Assembly (NCBI RefSeq): GCF_032062105.1
Contig: NW_026935196.1
Location: 124,001-188,000, forward strand
From: Saccostrea cucullata
Lineage: Eukaryota
Length of the DNA: 64,000 bases
Direction: 5' to 3'
Below the pieces are notes generated by a model that was not told the DNA's origin, searched no databases, and saw only the letters and a list, made by a program, of their open reading frames with translations. Below are positions 36,900-50,282 of this stretch, one piece after another (position 1 is the first letter of the stretch; each line of letters starts with the position of its first letter). Made by a program: the position numbers and the translations under genes.

Positions 36900-38860
36900 T
36901 TAAGTTAAAACAAATTCTAATTGCACACACAAGTACTCTGAAGTTGACATCAAAAAGATGCTTAAGTTTCTGATTGACAATATCTATGTGGTTTTTTGAA
37001 ACCAGGTATTTCAACAATCTGTTGGAATTCCCATGGGTACCAATTGCGCTCTGTTATTAGCAGACCTATTTTTATATCCATATGAATCAGAATTTGTGCA
37101 AAATCTAATGCGTGAAAAGAAGAAGACACTTCCTGTGGCCTTCAACTCGACATTTAGATATATCGACGACGTATTGTCAATTAACAATAGTAATTTCCAT
37201 TCCTACGTCGATAGGGTATATCCTGATGAGCTTGAGATAAAAGATTAGAGTCTGATACATCTGTTTCATACTTTGATATTTTACTTGAAAAAGACGTTAG
37301 TGGTAATCTAACAACCAAGCTATATGATAAACGCGATGACTTTAACTTTTCTATCGTCAACTTCCTTTACTTATGCAGTAATATACCTTCATCACCTGCA
37401 TACGGAGTCTATATATCTCAGTTGATTCGATAAGCAAGAGCATGCTCTACGTATGAACAATTTCTAAAACGGGGTAAATTATTATCAAGCAAGTTGATGA
37501 AACAAGAATATCAACAGTCTCGTTTAAAGTCATCATTTCGTAAATTCTATGGTCGATGCAATGACATTGTCAGCAAATACAATTTATCATTGAGACAAAT
37601 ACTGACTGACATTTTTCATGCTTATTGTTAGTCCATTATTTATACACTGAATTGATGACGGATTTTTCCGTTATTTCCCGATCATGACAAGGAGCACACA
37701 GCGGGTGTGACCGGTCAGCAGGTGATGCTCACTCCTCCATGGCACCTGATCCCACCTCTGATGTTTCGGAGGTCCGTGTTTGCTCTGCTCCTATTTTGTA
37801 TTGTTTTATGGACTTTGATATTGAATACTATTCGTTATCTCAATATCCTTCTCTCATTCGATAAGCTAAATGAGGTAAGTTATTGAGAAATATAATTATG
37901 AAACACGAATATCAACAGTGTCATTTGAAATCATCACTTTAGGATCGATACAATGAACTTGCCAGGAAATATAATCTATCATAATGTAAAATGCTGACTG
38001 AAGTTTTTCATGCTTATTGTAAGACCATTATTTACACACTGAATTGTCGAAGAATTTTCCTGTTATTTCCCGATCAATGACCAGGAGCATACGGCACAGG
38101 GGGCACTCCTTTGTGGCACTTTATCCAACTTCTGAAGTTTTAAAGGTCTGATTTTTCTGATTCATAATTTGTACTGTTTAATGGTCTTTTAATTTTGAAT
38201 ACTGTACGTTTGTTATCTGCATATATTTCATGTCTTTCAAATTACATCTTTGCATTCTTTCAAATTACATCTTATTTGATTTATGCGAGATTTCAACATT
38301 CCTTTGCAATTTCTCGCCCCTTGTCAAAGTCCTTCTTTTTATGTTTTGCACAGCCCCGGCGTAATCTTCCTCAGAATAAAAAAATAGTTTAAAATTGTTA
38401 TACATATTAAAAGATTAGATTTTCCAAAAGTTTGACTTTTTAAAAATAAATGCCGGCAAGTGATTTTAATATAAAATCCTACTTTTATTTTTATGTAATT
38501 CACCATTTATGACGTGTCGAACACAACATATAATTTTCATGCATGTCTCCAACCTGCAACTGGTTCGATACGCAAGATACTGCTCTCTATATCAATTTCT
38601 ACACCGAGACAAGCTTATGGAAAACATGTTGATAAAACAAAGAAAAGTTGGCTCGTTTAAAGTCAACATTTAATTCAATAACTGATTTTTCTGTTCGCTT
38701 GATCATGACAAGGAGCAAACAGAGAATGAGTGCTGTCAACAGGGAATGTTTACTGCACTTTGACATCTGATCCCACATCTGATGATATTAGATGTCCGTG
38801 TTTCCTTTACTCCTGATTTATGTTGTTTGACTTTGATTATTTTCTTTTTTTTATCTTTCA
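36900..38860 (+). mobile_element. 5'-truncated Penelope-like (Naiad-type) retroelement plus two tandem partial 3' copies
   Basis: RT motifs GIPMGTNCA, FRYIDDVLS, KLYDKRDDFNF and SNIPSSPAYGVYISQLIR in 36900-37858; 3' segments repeated at about 37895-38228 and 38560-38860. Confidence 0.85.
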
Positions 38861-39396
38861 TTGCACTAGATTTTAGATTTAGCCTATTCACAATTGCAAG
38901 TAGTATACAGGATCATATTCCATTTTAGTATCTTTTGGTGAAAAAAAATCACGGTGCATTTTGATATCATCATCTCAAAGGCAAATCAAAATATGTGTAT
39001 TTTGGTTTAAATAAAGGTATTAAACCCTTAACCACTTTATTAGAAATTATAAATATATCCAGGTAGGAATTTAAATATCCGTGAACAAAAGAGAATAATG
39101 TAACTTACTGCTTTGCGTCATCCATAATGTCATTTATAGGCGGGTCATGTGACAAACCCATTATTAATTTCATTGTAAGAATCCACACAAGACCAGGACA
39201 GAAACCCTTGAAAACAAAACCTAAAAATGTACCTTTGATATATGAATTCAATGAGTTGTGCCGAAATTTTTTTTTCCTGCGCTCTGCATGCTCTGATTCG
39301 CCCCTTTTCGTACATATATATATATATAAATAAAATTTAAACAACCTACTTTATTACTTAGCTGGTGTCCATGTTAAAATACAGTTTTCTTGCTTA

Positions 39397-40650
39397 ATGG
39401 GGGACAGACTGAAGAGCGCAAAGGGTGTATCCCACATCTTAATAATCCTCTTTGGTGTGATCCCTATTTCGCTGACTTACAGTCTTCACAACGAGTTGGA
39501 CCTCCACTCCGCTATATTCAACTCTACCTACGACAGAGATATTCGACCAGGGATAAACAGGGACCTCCCGTTACAAATTGATACCACCTTCATCTTAAAA
39601 AGCATCAAAGATTTAGAAGAATCCACCGGTAAATTCTCAGTAACGGGGGCTTTGAGTGTCTATTGGATCGATGATCGTTTGACATGGAATCCAAATAACT
39701 ATGGTGGGAATCTCCATTCCATCATTGTTCCACAAAAGAAGATATGGATACCCTATATCCTTAATATGCATGATTTTGGTGAAATTAAATATACCGGGCA
39801 TAGTGAATTGACTCTGAGAGTAGAGAGTAATGGCTTTGTTGTATGGAATATTCCAAATCTTTACGAGAGTACGTGTGACTTTGATTTGTCTAAGTATCCC
39901 TTTGATTCTCAGACTTGCGTGTTACCGTTCTATGTAGTAGGATTCGGTCATGCAGAGGTATTATTTAATATCTCAGAAACAAATAAGATAGCAAACACGT
40001 CAATATACAGTGAGAATGGTCTTTGGGCTGTTACAGGAACCCAAATTTACACCACAATCAACGAACTTGATTTTCAAGAGGTTCGCGTAAGTGTTAGTAT
40101 GAAAAGACGATCAGCCTACTATATATCTAGTTTAATCCTTCCAATCTGTTTTCTTTCCTTCCTCCAGTTATTTGTCTTTATTATGCCGCATGAGTCTGGT
40201 GAACGTGTTGGATTTGCTGTCACTGTCTTGTTGGCTGTTGCTGTCTATCTGACGCTCATACAAGACAAATTACCAGAAGCTTCACAGCCCAGCGTGGCCT
40301 ACCTTAGCTACAAACTTTTGGTAGACTTCATCACAGGAATATTTGTTGTGGTCGGAGTTATTGTGGGGTTGCGCTTTTATCATCGTGAAGAGGAAAAGGT
40401 AATTCCGAAGGTTTTTCAGCTGTTTCACAGAATATTGTTTCCCGGAACTTTCTTGAGCTCACTGCTGAGGAGGAAGCCGAAAGTGACGGACGACGAGAAG
40501 GTTTCTTCTGATGACGGGGCCGTGAACATGGAATATAGTACAACGACGTGGAGTGATGTAGGAAAGGCCACCGACCGATTCTGTTTAATTTTATCTTGTC
40601 TTTCTTTTGTGCTATGTAACTTCGTTTACTTCATTGTCGCAACTTCTTGA
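39397..40650 (+). CDS. Intronless non-alpha nAChR-like Cys-loop ligand-gated ion channel subunit, copy 2 (417 aa)
   Basis: Intact ORF; Cys-loop CDFDLSKYPFDSQTC; four TM segments; cation-type GE motif before M2; no vicinal Cys in loop C. Confidence 0.93.
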   Translation: MGDRLKSAKGVSHILIILFGVIPISLTYSLHNELDLHSAIFNSTYDRDIRPGINRDLPLQIDTTFILKSIKDLEESTGKFSVTGALSVYWIDDRLTWNPNNYGGNLHSIIVPQKKIWIPYILNMHDFGEIKYTGHSELTLRVESNGFVVWNIPNLYESTCDFDLSKYPFDSQTCVLPFYVVGFGHAEVLFNISETNKIANTSIYSENGLWAVTGTQIYTTINELDFQEVRVSVSMKRRSAYYISSLILPICFLSFLQLFVFIMPHESGERVGFAVTVLLAVAVYLTLIQDKLPEASQPSVAYLSYKLLVDFITGIFVVVGVIVGLRFYHREEEKVIPKVFQLFHRILFPGTFLSSLLRRKPKVTDDEKVSSDDGAVNMEYSTTTWSDVGKATDRFCLILSCLSFVLCNFVYFIVATS

Positions 40651-40928
40651 TACTGGTAGTTTAATTAATTTTTAACATACAAAAGAAAGGACAGTTTTTT
40701 TGGTTTATATTTATTAATAATTTAATTCTGGTTGTAACGCTGTATTTGATTGGATAAAAAATTTACTTCATATCGTATAAAATACGTCACAATGACTTAC
40801 GTCAAAAACGTATCAATCCGCCTGACGTTACATTCAAATTTTGTCCAGATTATCATTTTTTTGACAAGATCTTTGTTTCTTACATCAAATGAATGAAAAT
40901 TAAATTATAAGCAATGAAGATGTTCCAT

Positions 40929-41152
40929 TTTATACTATATTGTGTTCAGTTTACTTTTTTATAAAATTTGTACTAAAATTTTGTATAAAAGATATACAAT
41001 AAAATGAAAAATTTATACTTATATTAATATCTATTGAGTGTTCATGTATCTTTATATGACAAGAAGTGCATAGCTCTTCCTTTACTATATTGTGTTCTAC
41101 TGTAAAATTTGTACTAAAATTTTGCATGATATACAATAAAATAAAAATTTAA
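40929..41152. repeat. Local duplication of about 75-85 bp
   Basis: tactatattgtgttc...taaaatttgtactaaaattttg...gatatacaataaaat.aaaaattta at about 40929-41015 and 41081-41152. Confidence 0.8.
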
Positions 41153-43984
41153 CAATGACACATTCCCGTTATTCATTTTTTAACCTTTGAAAATATAGTT
41201 GTGCTATGATTTCTAGTATTAATTTCGCTTTTAGATCTACATTATTGACACTAGGGGTATAATATATGAAAACATGGAAGCTGAAGAGTGTTAACATTTT
41301 CCCGTTTATGGGTTGCTTTTTTGTAAGTAATAAATTCAAAAGATAAGCATCTTTCTGCAACGAAATTATGCTGAAGTCAACTACGTATTTACAGGCAGGA
41401 CGATGAATGATGACCCGTAACTCAATGGGGCCTTCTACAGACACTTTTGTATATATTTTTTTGGCTTGGAAATGAGAATGAGAATCGCCACAAAATAGAA
41501 TTTTTCTTTTCGAATTTGGTTTCGGAAATCTTGACAAGCGAGGGGTTACAGTATTAAGGTTACCGTTCTTCCGTCTTTCCTTTTGTATCTAACATGTAGT
41601 TTAACTGTAGAATTCACATCTTTATCCTTCTTTACTATTTAATGACATTTAAATAGACTCAGAATCCTCATTACAAAGTGCCATCATGTATTTAATGTTT
41701 TGATTGAACAGATGATTGAGGTTTTCCTTAGCAAAACATGGACATTCCATTCTATCTTTAACATATAGGTGGTAGCCATCGTTGTTCATCACCGTCCATT
41801 TTCTCATTACATATAGGTGATAGCCATCGATGTTCTGGAACTTCTACTATACCAATTAGACTTTCCAAGATTCGTTACAAAGTTACATTTTGCACCTCTT
41901 TGCGCCTCTTCTGTTTGTTTTAATTGGACAGACAACTTTGAAGATGTAACAATGTAGCCCTATTTATTTGTATTTGATGTTTTCAGAGGAGGGCTACAAT
42001 TCAGAGAAAAAATCATAATGTTGCAAATATTTACATATAAGATAAGGCAAAATGGAGGCAAAAATAAATTATTTGCATTCAATTTTAATGGAATGGATTG
42101 TTCACTTTCAACAACTAAGCCCCTATTGCGCAATAAAGAAGGTGAAATAAAACTGCATGTTTACCACTTGTGTCTTGCTCTGTATAGCCATTCAAGTTCT
42201 TCTCTCAAGGGGAGAAATGTAATAGAAAGGCTTGAAAAGGTAAATGCTTTTGTTGATAAAAGTTATGATGTTGAAATACACGGTATAAAACACGTTATAA
42301 AATAATAAACTAAGAAATGGATAATTCTGTAATTTTTGGATCAACTCAGACTTTATTTCATGATTTGTATTTTTGAGTTCTGACATGAAATGGCAATAAA
42401 TTAAAAAGATACCAATAATTTGAGTCAAATCAAAGTCTCAAAAGTCTTTCAGAATTTTTCTCACTATACCTAACAGTCATTTCTATTTTAAAGCATGTCC
42501 TCTCTAAGGAAACAAACAGAAACAAACAAAGCACAATTCTTTGTCCTAGCACCTTATAGACGTCCCTTTAGATGAGTCAGAGAATTACTGCTGAATGGCC
42601 CTATACTAGTAATTAATCCTATGAATCTGATTTACTGAGAGTGAAAGGTTAAATATCGGTGCGATACTTAAAATATTTTTGAACCAATTACATAGAGCCT
42701 TGGCATGAAATTGTTTTGTCTACAAGAAAAGGTAAATATCGGGTTCATTTCCAAACACGTTATTTAAATCCATGATAAGATCTAATATTATTTTTATCAT
42801 TTATTCCCAGCTCTCTGATTGGCTCAAAATCACAAAGTAAAAAATAAAGACTTATTACTATTTATATAATCTGAAATGCATATCGACTTGAGGTTTCATA
42901 AAATGGAGAAATTTGTGAAACAAAATAGTACTGTATTACACACTAATTTAGTGTATGATTTGATGTTTCTAGAAAAAAAATATTTATTTCAACTTTTACT
43001 AACCTTTTTTCAATGTTCTGTATTTGATGAGACAAAAGAGGGCATTGGATAAGGATTACTTCATGTTAATTAAAACATGTTCGATATGTGTGTCAAATAT
43101 TGATACAAAACTTAATCACTTAATCAAATAAATGAAGTATTCTGAATAAGTAAATCGTCTAAATCACTCCATCAATATAAAGGAAACGCATTTACATTAA
43201 ACAGTGTAATTTATTTTGATCTCTCGTCTCTAATTGTTAAAGGGAGAAAACTTTTCCAATTATTTTCAAAATTTGTTTTGTCAATCTATGTAAAAAATAA
43301 TATAACAAATGTAGCCCTTTAATTGAATCATATATCTTCACAGAAAAATAATCGACCTCGCACTTCGTGCTTGGTAAATTTGTGAAGGATAGGGGTATGC
43401 GAAATCCATCAAAGGGCTATATTTATATAATATTGTCAGTCAAAATAAAAAAAAAATTAAACCACTTATTAAATGATCAAGGACAATTCACCACCTACGT
43501 TTTCCATACAAATTGTTAGACCAATGTCACACCTGCCGTGTGTCGTCTGCTCCCAATCATGATCGGGAAAACGAAAATTATGTAGACAATTTACTGGGCA
43601 AAACATGGTCTAACAATCAGTGTGAAATACGAACACGGGTTAAAGATAGGTTGTTTTTACTGACAACGTTGATCATATAACGTGCAAAATGATGACTATG
43701 AGATGTTGATATTCTTGTTTCTTAATAGATTGTCACGTTTTAGAAATTTATTGAATGTAAAGGTGCTCTTGTGTATTGAATCAAGACATCAGATCAATAC
43801 ATAGGACACACAGCTTTTGTAATCTATAAAGGGGGATATTAGGGCTCCTCTAATTAGGCATCTTGTCTCATCTCTGGAATTTCCTGGAGTCCGTGATTTC
43901 TCTCTTCACAGATTTGTAATTGTTTTAAATTTCTTTTTGTATTGTTGACTTATTTATGGAATTTTTATTTCTCTGTTTAAACTT

Positions 43985-44129
43985 NNNNNNNNNNNNNNNN
44001 NNNNNNNNNNNNNNNNNNNNNNNNNNNNNNNNNNNNNNNNNNNNNNNNNNNNNNNNNNNNNNNNNNNNNNNNNNNNNNNNNNNNNNNNNNNNNNNNNNNN
44101 NNNNNNNNNNNNNNNNNNNNNNNNNNNNN
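43985..44129. other. Assembly gap (145 N)
   Basis: Run of N. Confidence 1.
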
Positions 44130-44219
44130 ATAGCAAAAATAAAGTTCTCGCGAATAAATAGTGATTTACAGTAGTATTCAATATTTGCCTGATGCCATTT
44201 TTAAAATAATCTTATGTTT

Positions 44220-47200
44220 ATGAAACATATGGAGATAACGAACAATATTCAAGATCAAAAGTCCATAAAACAATACAAAATATGAGCAGAGCAAACACGG
44301 ACCTCCAAAACATCAGATGTGGGATCAGGTGCCATGTAGGAGTGAACATCCTTTAACGACCGGTCACACCTGCCGAAGCCTCCTTATCATGATCGGGAAA
44401 TGACGGGAAAATCCGTCGTCAATTCAGTGTATAAATAATGGACTAACAAATAATATGAAAAACGTCAGTCAGCATTGGACTCAATGATCAATTGTATTTG
44501 CTGACCAAGTCATTGTATCGACCATAGAACTTACGAAATTATGACTAAATGTGACTGTTGATATTCTTGTTTCGTCAACTTGTTTTCAATAATTTACCTT
44601 GTTTTAGAAATTGTTCATACGTAGAGCGTGTCTTGCGTATCGAATCAACTGAGATATATGAACTCCGTATGCTTGTGATGAAGGTATATTGCTGCAATAG
44701 TAAGGAAGTTGACAAATGAAAAGTTAAAGTCATCATGTTTATCATAGAGCTTGGTTGTTAGATTACCATTAACGTCTTTTTCAAGAAAAATTTGAAACAG
44801 TTGTCGCAGACTCTGTGATATCTCGAGCTCACCAGGATATATCGTATGGACATAAAAATGGAAATTACCATTGTTCATTGACAGTACGTCATCGATATAT
44901 CTTAATGTTGAGTGGAAGGCCACAGCAAGTGTTTTCTTTTTTTTCACGCATAAGATTTTGCACAAATTCTGCTTCATATGAATACAAAAATAGGTCTGTT
45001 AATAACGGGGCGCAATTGGTATTCATGGGAATTCCGATAGATTGTTGGAAGACCTGGTCTCCAAAAACCACATTGTTATTGTCAATCAGAAACTAAAGCA
45101 ACTTTTTGATGTCAACCTCATAGTACTTGTGTGTACAATCAGAATGTTTTTAACAAAATTATTTTGCAAATGACCAATGACAAGGTAAGTAAATTGACGA
45201 GTTCCATTTTTATTGCAAGCAGCTGTCAATGATATTAAAAAGCCTGGACTTTAATTAATTCTTGGGAATTGTTGTGTATAAAGTTGAAAAGTAGAAAGTA
45301 TTTAAGTTGTTGATTTTTCTTAAAACCTTGTAATTTCAAATTGTCCAAAAGTTCTTTGGATTTTTTAGGTATCTACATCTGATTTACATCACTTCTCGAA
45401 TATATGGTTGCACAGTACTCTTGAAGTTTCTCCTTCATTACTGTTCATTTAAATAATAAAATGCTTTCTTTGTTTGTTATTACTGGAATTAACGAAAGCA
45501 GCTCTTGCAGAAAAAATACATAACCCGCGTAAGCGTTTATATTTATATCTGTTTAATTAATCATTTAAAGTAGGATTAAAGATTAATTATTGTATTAATG
45601 ATGCGAATGTCTTTATACGTTTCATTGATGGAACAGCCACTGATCAAGAAATCTGTACAGGCGACATGCCTAATGTAGTTCATGCAGTGATTAACGCAAT
45701 GGGTTTTCTTAAGAAATAAAGGAGAAAATATTCAGTGGATGTAAATATATCTTAGTGAGGAGTAAAGAAAGAGACTTTGTTGAGCAACTACTGGAATCCG
45801 CTATGTATCTTTTTGAGGAAGGATTCTTATGAAGATTCGGAATCCAATATAGATATGTTAGTTCAAATTCATTTTGATTCTTTGGGATCTTGATTAAAAG
45901 TATTCAGAACTGACATATGAGTTTGAAGAATATCATCTTTAGAAAGAGAACTGTGAGAATAAGTTGGATTAGCACTTGCAAAATTAAAACCAAGTTCTTC
46001 TAAAATACAATTTATATAATGAGCCTTACAAACGAAGACAATGTCTTAACCTGCTTTGTCAGCAGGGACCAGTACATACTGAGGATATAATCAATATAGT
46101 TCTTTTTACACTTCTGCATTGTTGAATACAGAAGGATAGATGGTTTCATATTGCCTCTTAATCATTTAATACGCGATTGTAACATAAATCTGATACATTT
46201 AATCCAATATGACAAAGTGTCAACGTTTTCTTTTTCATATCTGGCCCATCGCCTAGCGTAATCCTCTACAGAATCCATCATATTTATGAAATTCTTACGC
46301 CAGTTGAAGGATCGGGGTTCCCTATATTTAAGTCTTTTAAGATTATTGATCTAATCTAAATTATTAACTATATTTACGTCACCTGTAATAACGTGTCCAG
46401 CAGGACTATGATAGTTATAGGTTGAAGAAGAACATGAACACGGTGAAGGTTTATGTCTCAGACATACGACATCCGGGTCCTGTAAAGTTTTACTTTTAAT
46501 TAAAAAGTTTGGAAGCAATAGTCGATGTATATTTATAGGGAATACAAGGAGTAGTTTTTAACTTGAAGTATGGTGGAATTCAAGACTGGACCCTTTGTGA
46601 TTAAAGATATTACTTATATTAACTGCGTCAATTCCGTCGTTGGCATATTGAAGTTTAAGGAAAAGACGGATTGTTTTAGCTGCATTTCCTTCAGTAAAAC
46701 GAGGGGGTTTAAAAAGCCTATGATTTTTAATATCCATAATCACATATCCAAGCCTGGTGTCGAGGAATCAAAAACTGGACTTTCGTTGACCTTTTCAAGA
46801 AGACTATTTAAAAGTTTCAAAGGGACAGAGTCAAGTTTGGTGCGAATATGATGTAGACCTAACTGTTGATTTACATAAGGTAGTAATGAATCAAGAGACA
46901 TTGTGTATAAAAGATTTATTGTAAGACATGCCCATGACTACACTTATGTCTCTGTGTGTGTTTAAAAAAAGCCTATCACAATTATATTATCAAACTGTGG
47001 ACTGGATAGATTTCCAACACTATTGACATTATCATTACATCCATAGGGAAAGGCTGTCCCAAGTTTTCTCATCCAAAATTCTTCTCTTTGTCTATGGAAA
47101 GGTGTACATGTACTCAGTGAAGGACTATTGCTATGCTGCTAAATATTTTCTAGAATTCTCACTTTCATTGACAAAATAGAATTATCAGGTAAATTAAAAT

Positions 47201-47220
47201 GCTTGTATAATAAATTTTCA
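44220..47220 (-). mobile_element. Decayed Penelope-like retroelement with GIY-YIG upstream of RT (Naiad-type), about 3 kb, with a ~300-bp foreign insert at about 45446-45746
   Basis: 5'->3' on minus: GIY-YIG C-half (LYKHFN..MKVRILE..RQREEFWMRKLGTAFPYGCND), PAGHVITGD, VLVPADKAG, then RT (GIPMNTNCAPLL, LRYIDDVLS, KLYDKHDDFNF), then the conserved 3' tail ending TTCAT. Confidence 0.85.
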
Positions 47221-47782
47221 TGCATATACTAGTACACTGTATATGAAGATTTAGATTTCATTTCAATAAAGGTGCATACTTAAAGCGAAAAATGAATTGT
47301 TTGAATTTGTGCAACTGAAAGTGCATGTCTGCTTGAAGGAGGAAAAATAAATGGCTACATACGTACATGAAAAACTAAAAAAAATGTCATAGTTTATATT
47401 AATAAAACATAATGAAACACTGTAATACACAAACGCATTAAATAGTAAGACATCTGAAACAGTTTATGATAATAAAGTCTAAAAGAAAATGCATTTTATT
47501 ATTTATCAACTCTCTTAGCTGATGTACATGCAGATACCGCTGAAAGTATAAAAATATCTGAATTTTTTGCCATTTTTTCTCCAAAAGAGAAATTGAAGCA
47601 TTAGATCTTACAGAAACATAAATATATAAATACCGTGATTTTTTTTCTCAACATCACCCGGTTCAGAAATATTTCTGAACACATTCTTTCATGATTTAAT
47701 TACTCTCGGTGATGCGTCACTCTTTTGACCTTGACCTGATATCAGAGTTCTTGTTGTGTTGCTCGACACTCCCTTTGAAGCG

Positions 47783-48579
<797 letters not shown>

Positions 48580-48944
48580 CTAACACTGAAAGAGAAAGAG
48601 AGATAACTTGAGTCGAGTTCTGTTCTACTTTTATACATATCCAAACAATTAACCCAAAACAACAATTATTAAAGCTATATGAACTGCATTTTTTTTGATA
48701 ATTTTAGTTCCCTGTTAAAATGGGTCATTATGATTAATTTGTATGAAATTTAAAACTTTTTTGATCCATGAAACAGAAATAAAGTATCAAAATGTTTGAG
48801 AATAATGGCCTCTGTACAATCAAATAAATGGTTTATATAAGAAATCAATATTGTACGGGACGACAATAATGTAATTTTACTCTTTTCAAAGCTTATAAAT
48901 ATGGGTTCCGAAACCTCACAAAAATCCTTACACACAAAGATACA

Positions 48945-50282
48945 TAGCGGGTTCCAGTAAATGCGTAAGCAAGCCTCTTTCTTTACTCCTCTCTGAGATA
49001 TTAACAGTAGTGAAGGAGAAACTTCAAGATTTCTGTGCAACAATATATTCAAGAAGTCATGTAAATCAGATGTGGATACTGAAAAATTCTAAGGAACTTT
49101 TGAACAATTTGAAATCAAAGGATTTTACCAAAATCAACAGCTTAAAAGCTTACGTCTTTTTAATTTTATACTCAGCAATTCCCCACGATAAATTAAAGTT
49201 CATGATTTTTGATATCATTGACAGCTGCTTTTTTAATAAATATAAAACTAGTAAATTTACTTACCCTTGTCATTGGTCATTTGCAAAATTATTTTGTTAA
49301 AAACATTCTGATTGTACACACAAGTACTCTGAAGTTGACATAAAAAAGATGCTTAAGTTTCTGGTTGACAATTTCTATTTTTTTTTTTTTTTGGCGACCA
49401 GGTCTTCCAACAATCTATTGGAATTCCCATTGGTAGTGCCCCGTTATTGGCAGACCTATTTTTGTATTCACATGAAGCAGAATTTGTCCAAAATCTTATC
49501 CGTGGAAAGAAGAAAACACTTGCTGTGGCCTTCAACTCGACATTTAGATACCGTAAATCTGGAAAAGGTATATCGCAAAAATATTTTTCTTAAAAATAAA
49601 TCACCAATAAGAAAATGTGAACAAAGCACGTCGCAAAATTTTGTCAATTAACAATGGTAATTTCCATTTTTAGGTCGATACGATATATCCTGGTGAGTTC
49701 GAGATAAGAGATACAACAGAGTCACAACTGTTTCATTAGGATATTTTACTAGAAAAAGACGTTAATGGTAATCTAACAACCAAGCTCTGTGATAAACGTG
49801 ATGACTTTAACGTTTCAATTGTCGACTTTCCTTACTTATGCAGTAATACTAGAATACAATCATCACCTGGATACGGAGTTTATATATCTCAGTTGATTGG
49901 ATGCACAAGGGCATGCTATTTATTGACAAACAAGTTGATGAAACAAGAACATCAGCACTCAGCAGTCTCGTTTAAAGTCATCATTTCGTAAGTTCTATAT
50001 TCGATACAATGCCCTTGTCATCGAATACAATTCTGACTGAGTGACGTTTTTAGTATTAATTGTTAGTCCATTATTTATACACTGAATTGACGACGGATTT
50101 TCCGTTATTTCCCGATCATGAGAAAGAGCACATGGCGGGTGTGACCGGTCGGCAGGGGATGCTCGATCCTCCATGGCACAAGATCCAACCTTTTATGTTT
50201 GTAAAGGTCGTGTTCGCTCTGCTTCTACTATGTGTTGATTTTTTGGACGTTTGGGCTTAATTACTTTTCTGATCTCCGTATG
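48945..50282 (+). mobile_element. 5'-truncated Naiad-type Penelope-like element with nested MITE fragment (49549-49640)
   Basis: VKEKLQDFCATIYSRSHVNQMWILKNSKELL, RT motifs and the 3' tail; the FRYIDD motif is interrupted at a TA by TACCGTAAATCTGGAAA... Confidence 0.85.

Noticed and set aside
36990-37440. Selenocysteine or recoding at in-frame stops of the Naiad RT (TGA near 36997, TAA near 37431)
   Set aside because: Other copies have Gly codons (GGA/GGC) and TAC at these positions, so these are decay mutations; no SECIS was recognisable by eye.
33585-38860. Naiad copies as recombination substrates that generated the channel tandem duplication
   Set aside because: The fragments upstream of the two genes are in opposite orientation, and no shared duplication breakpoints were visible.
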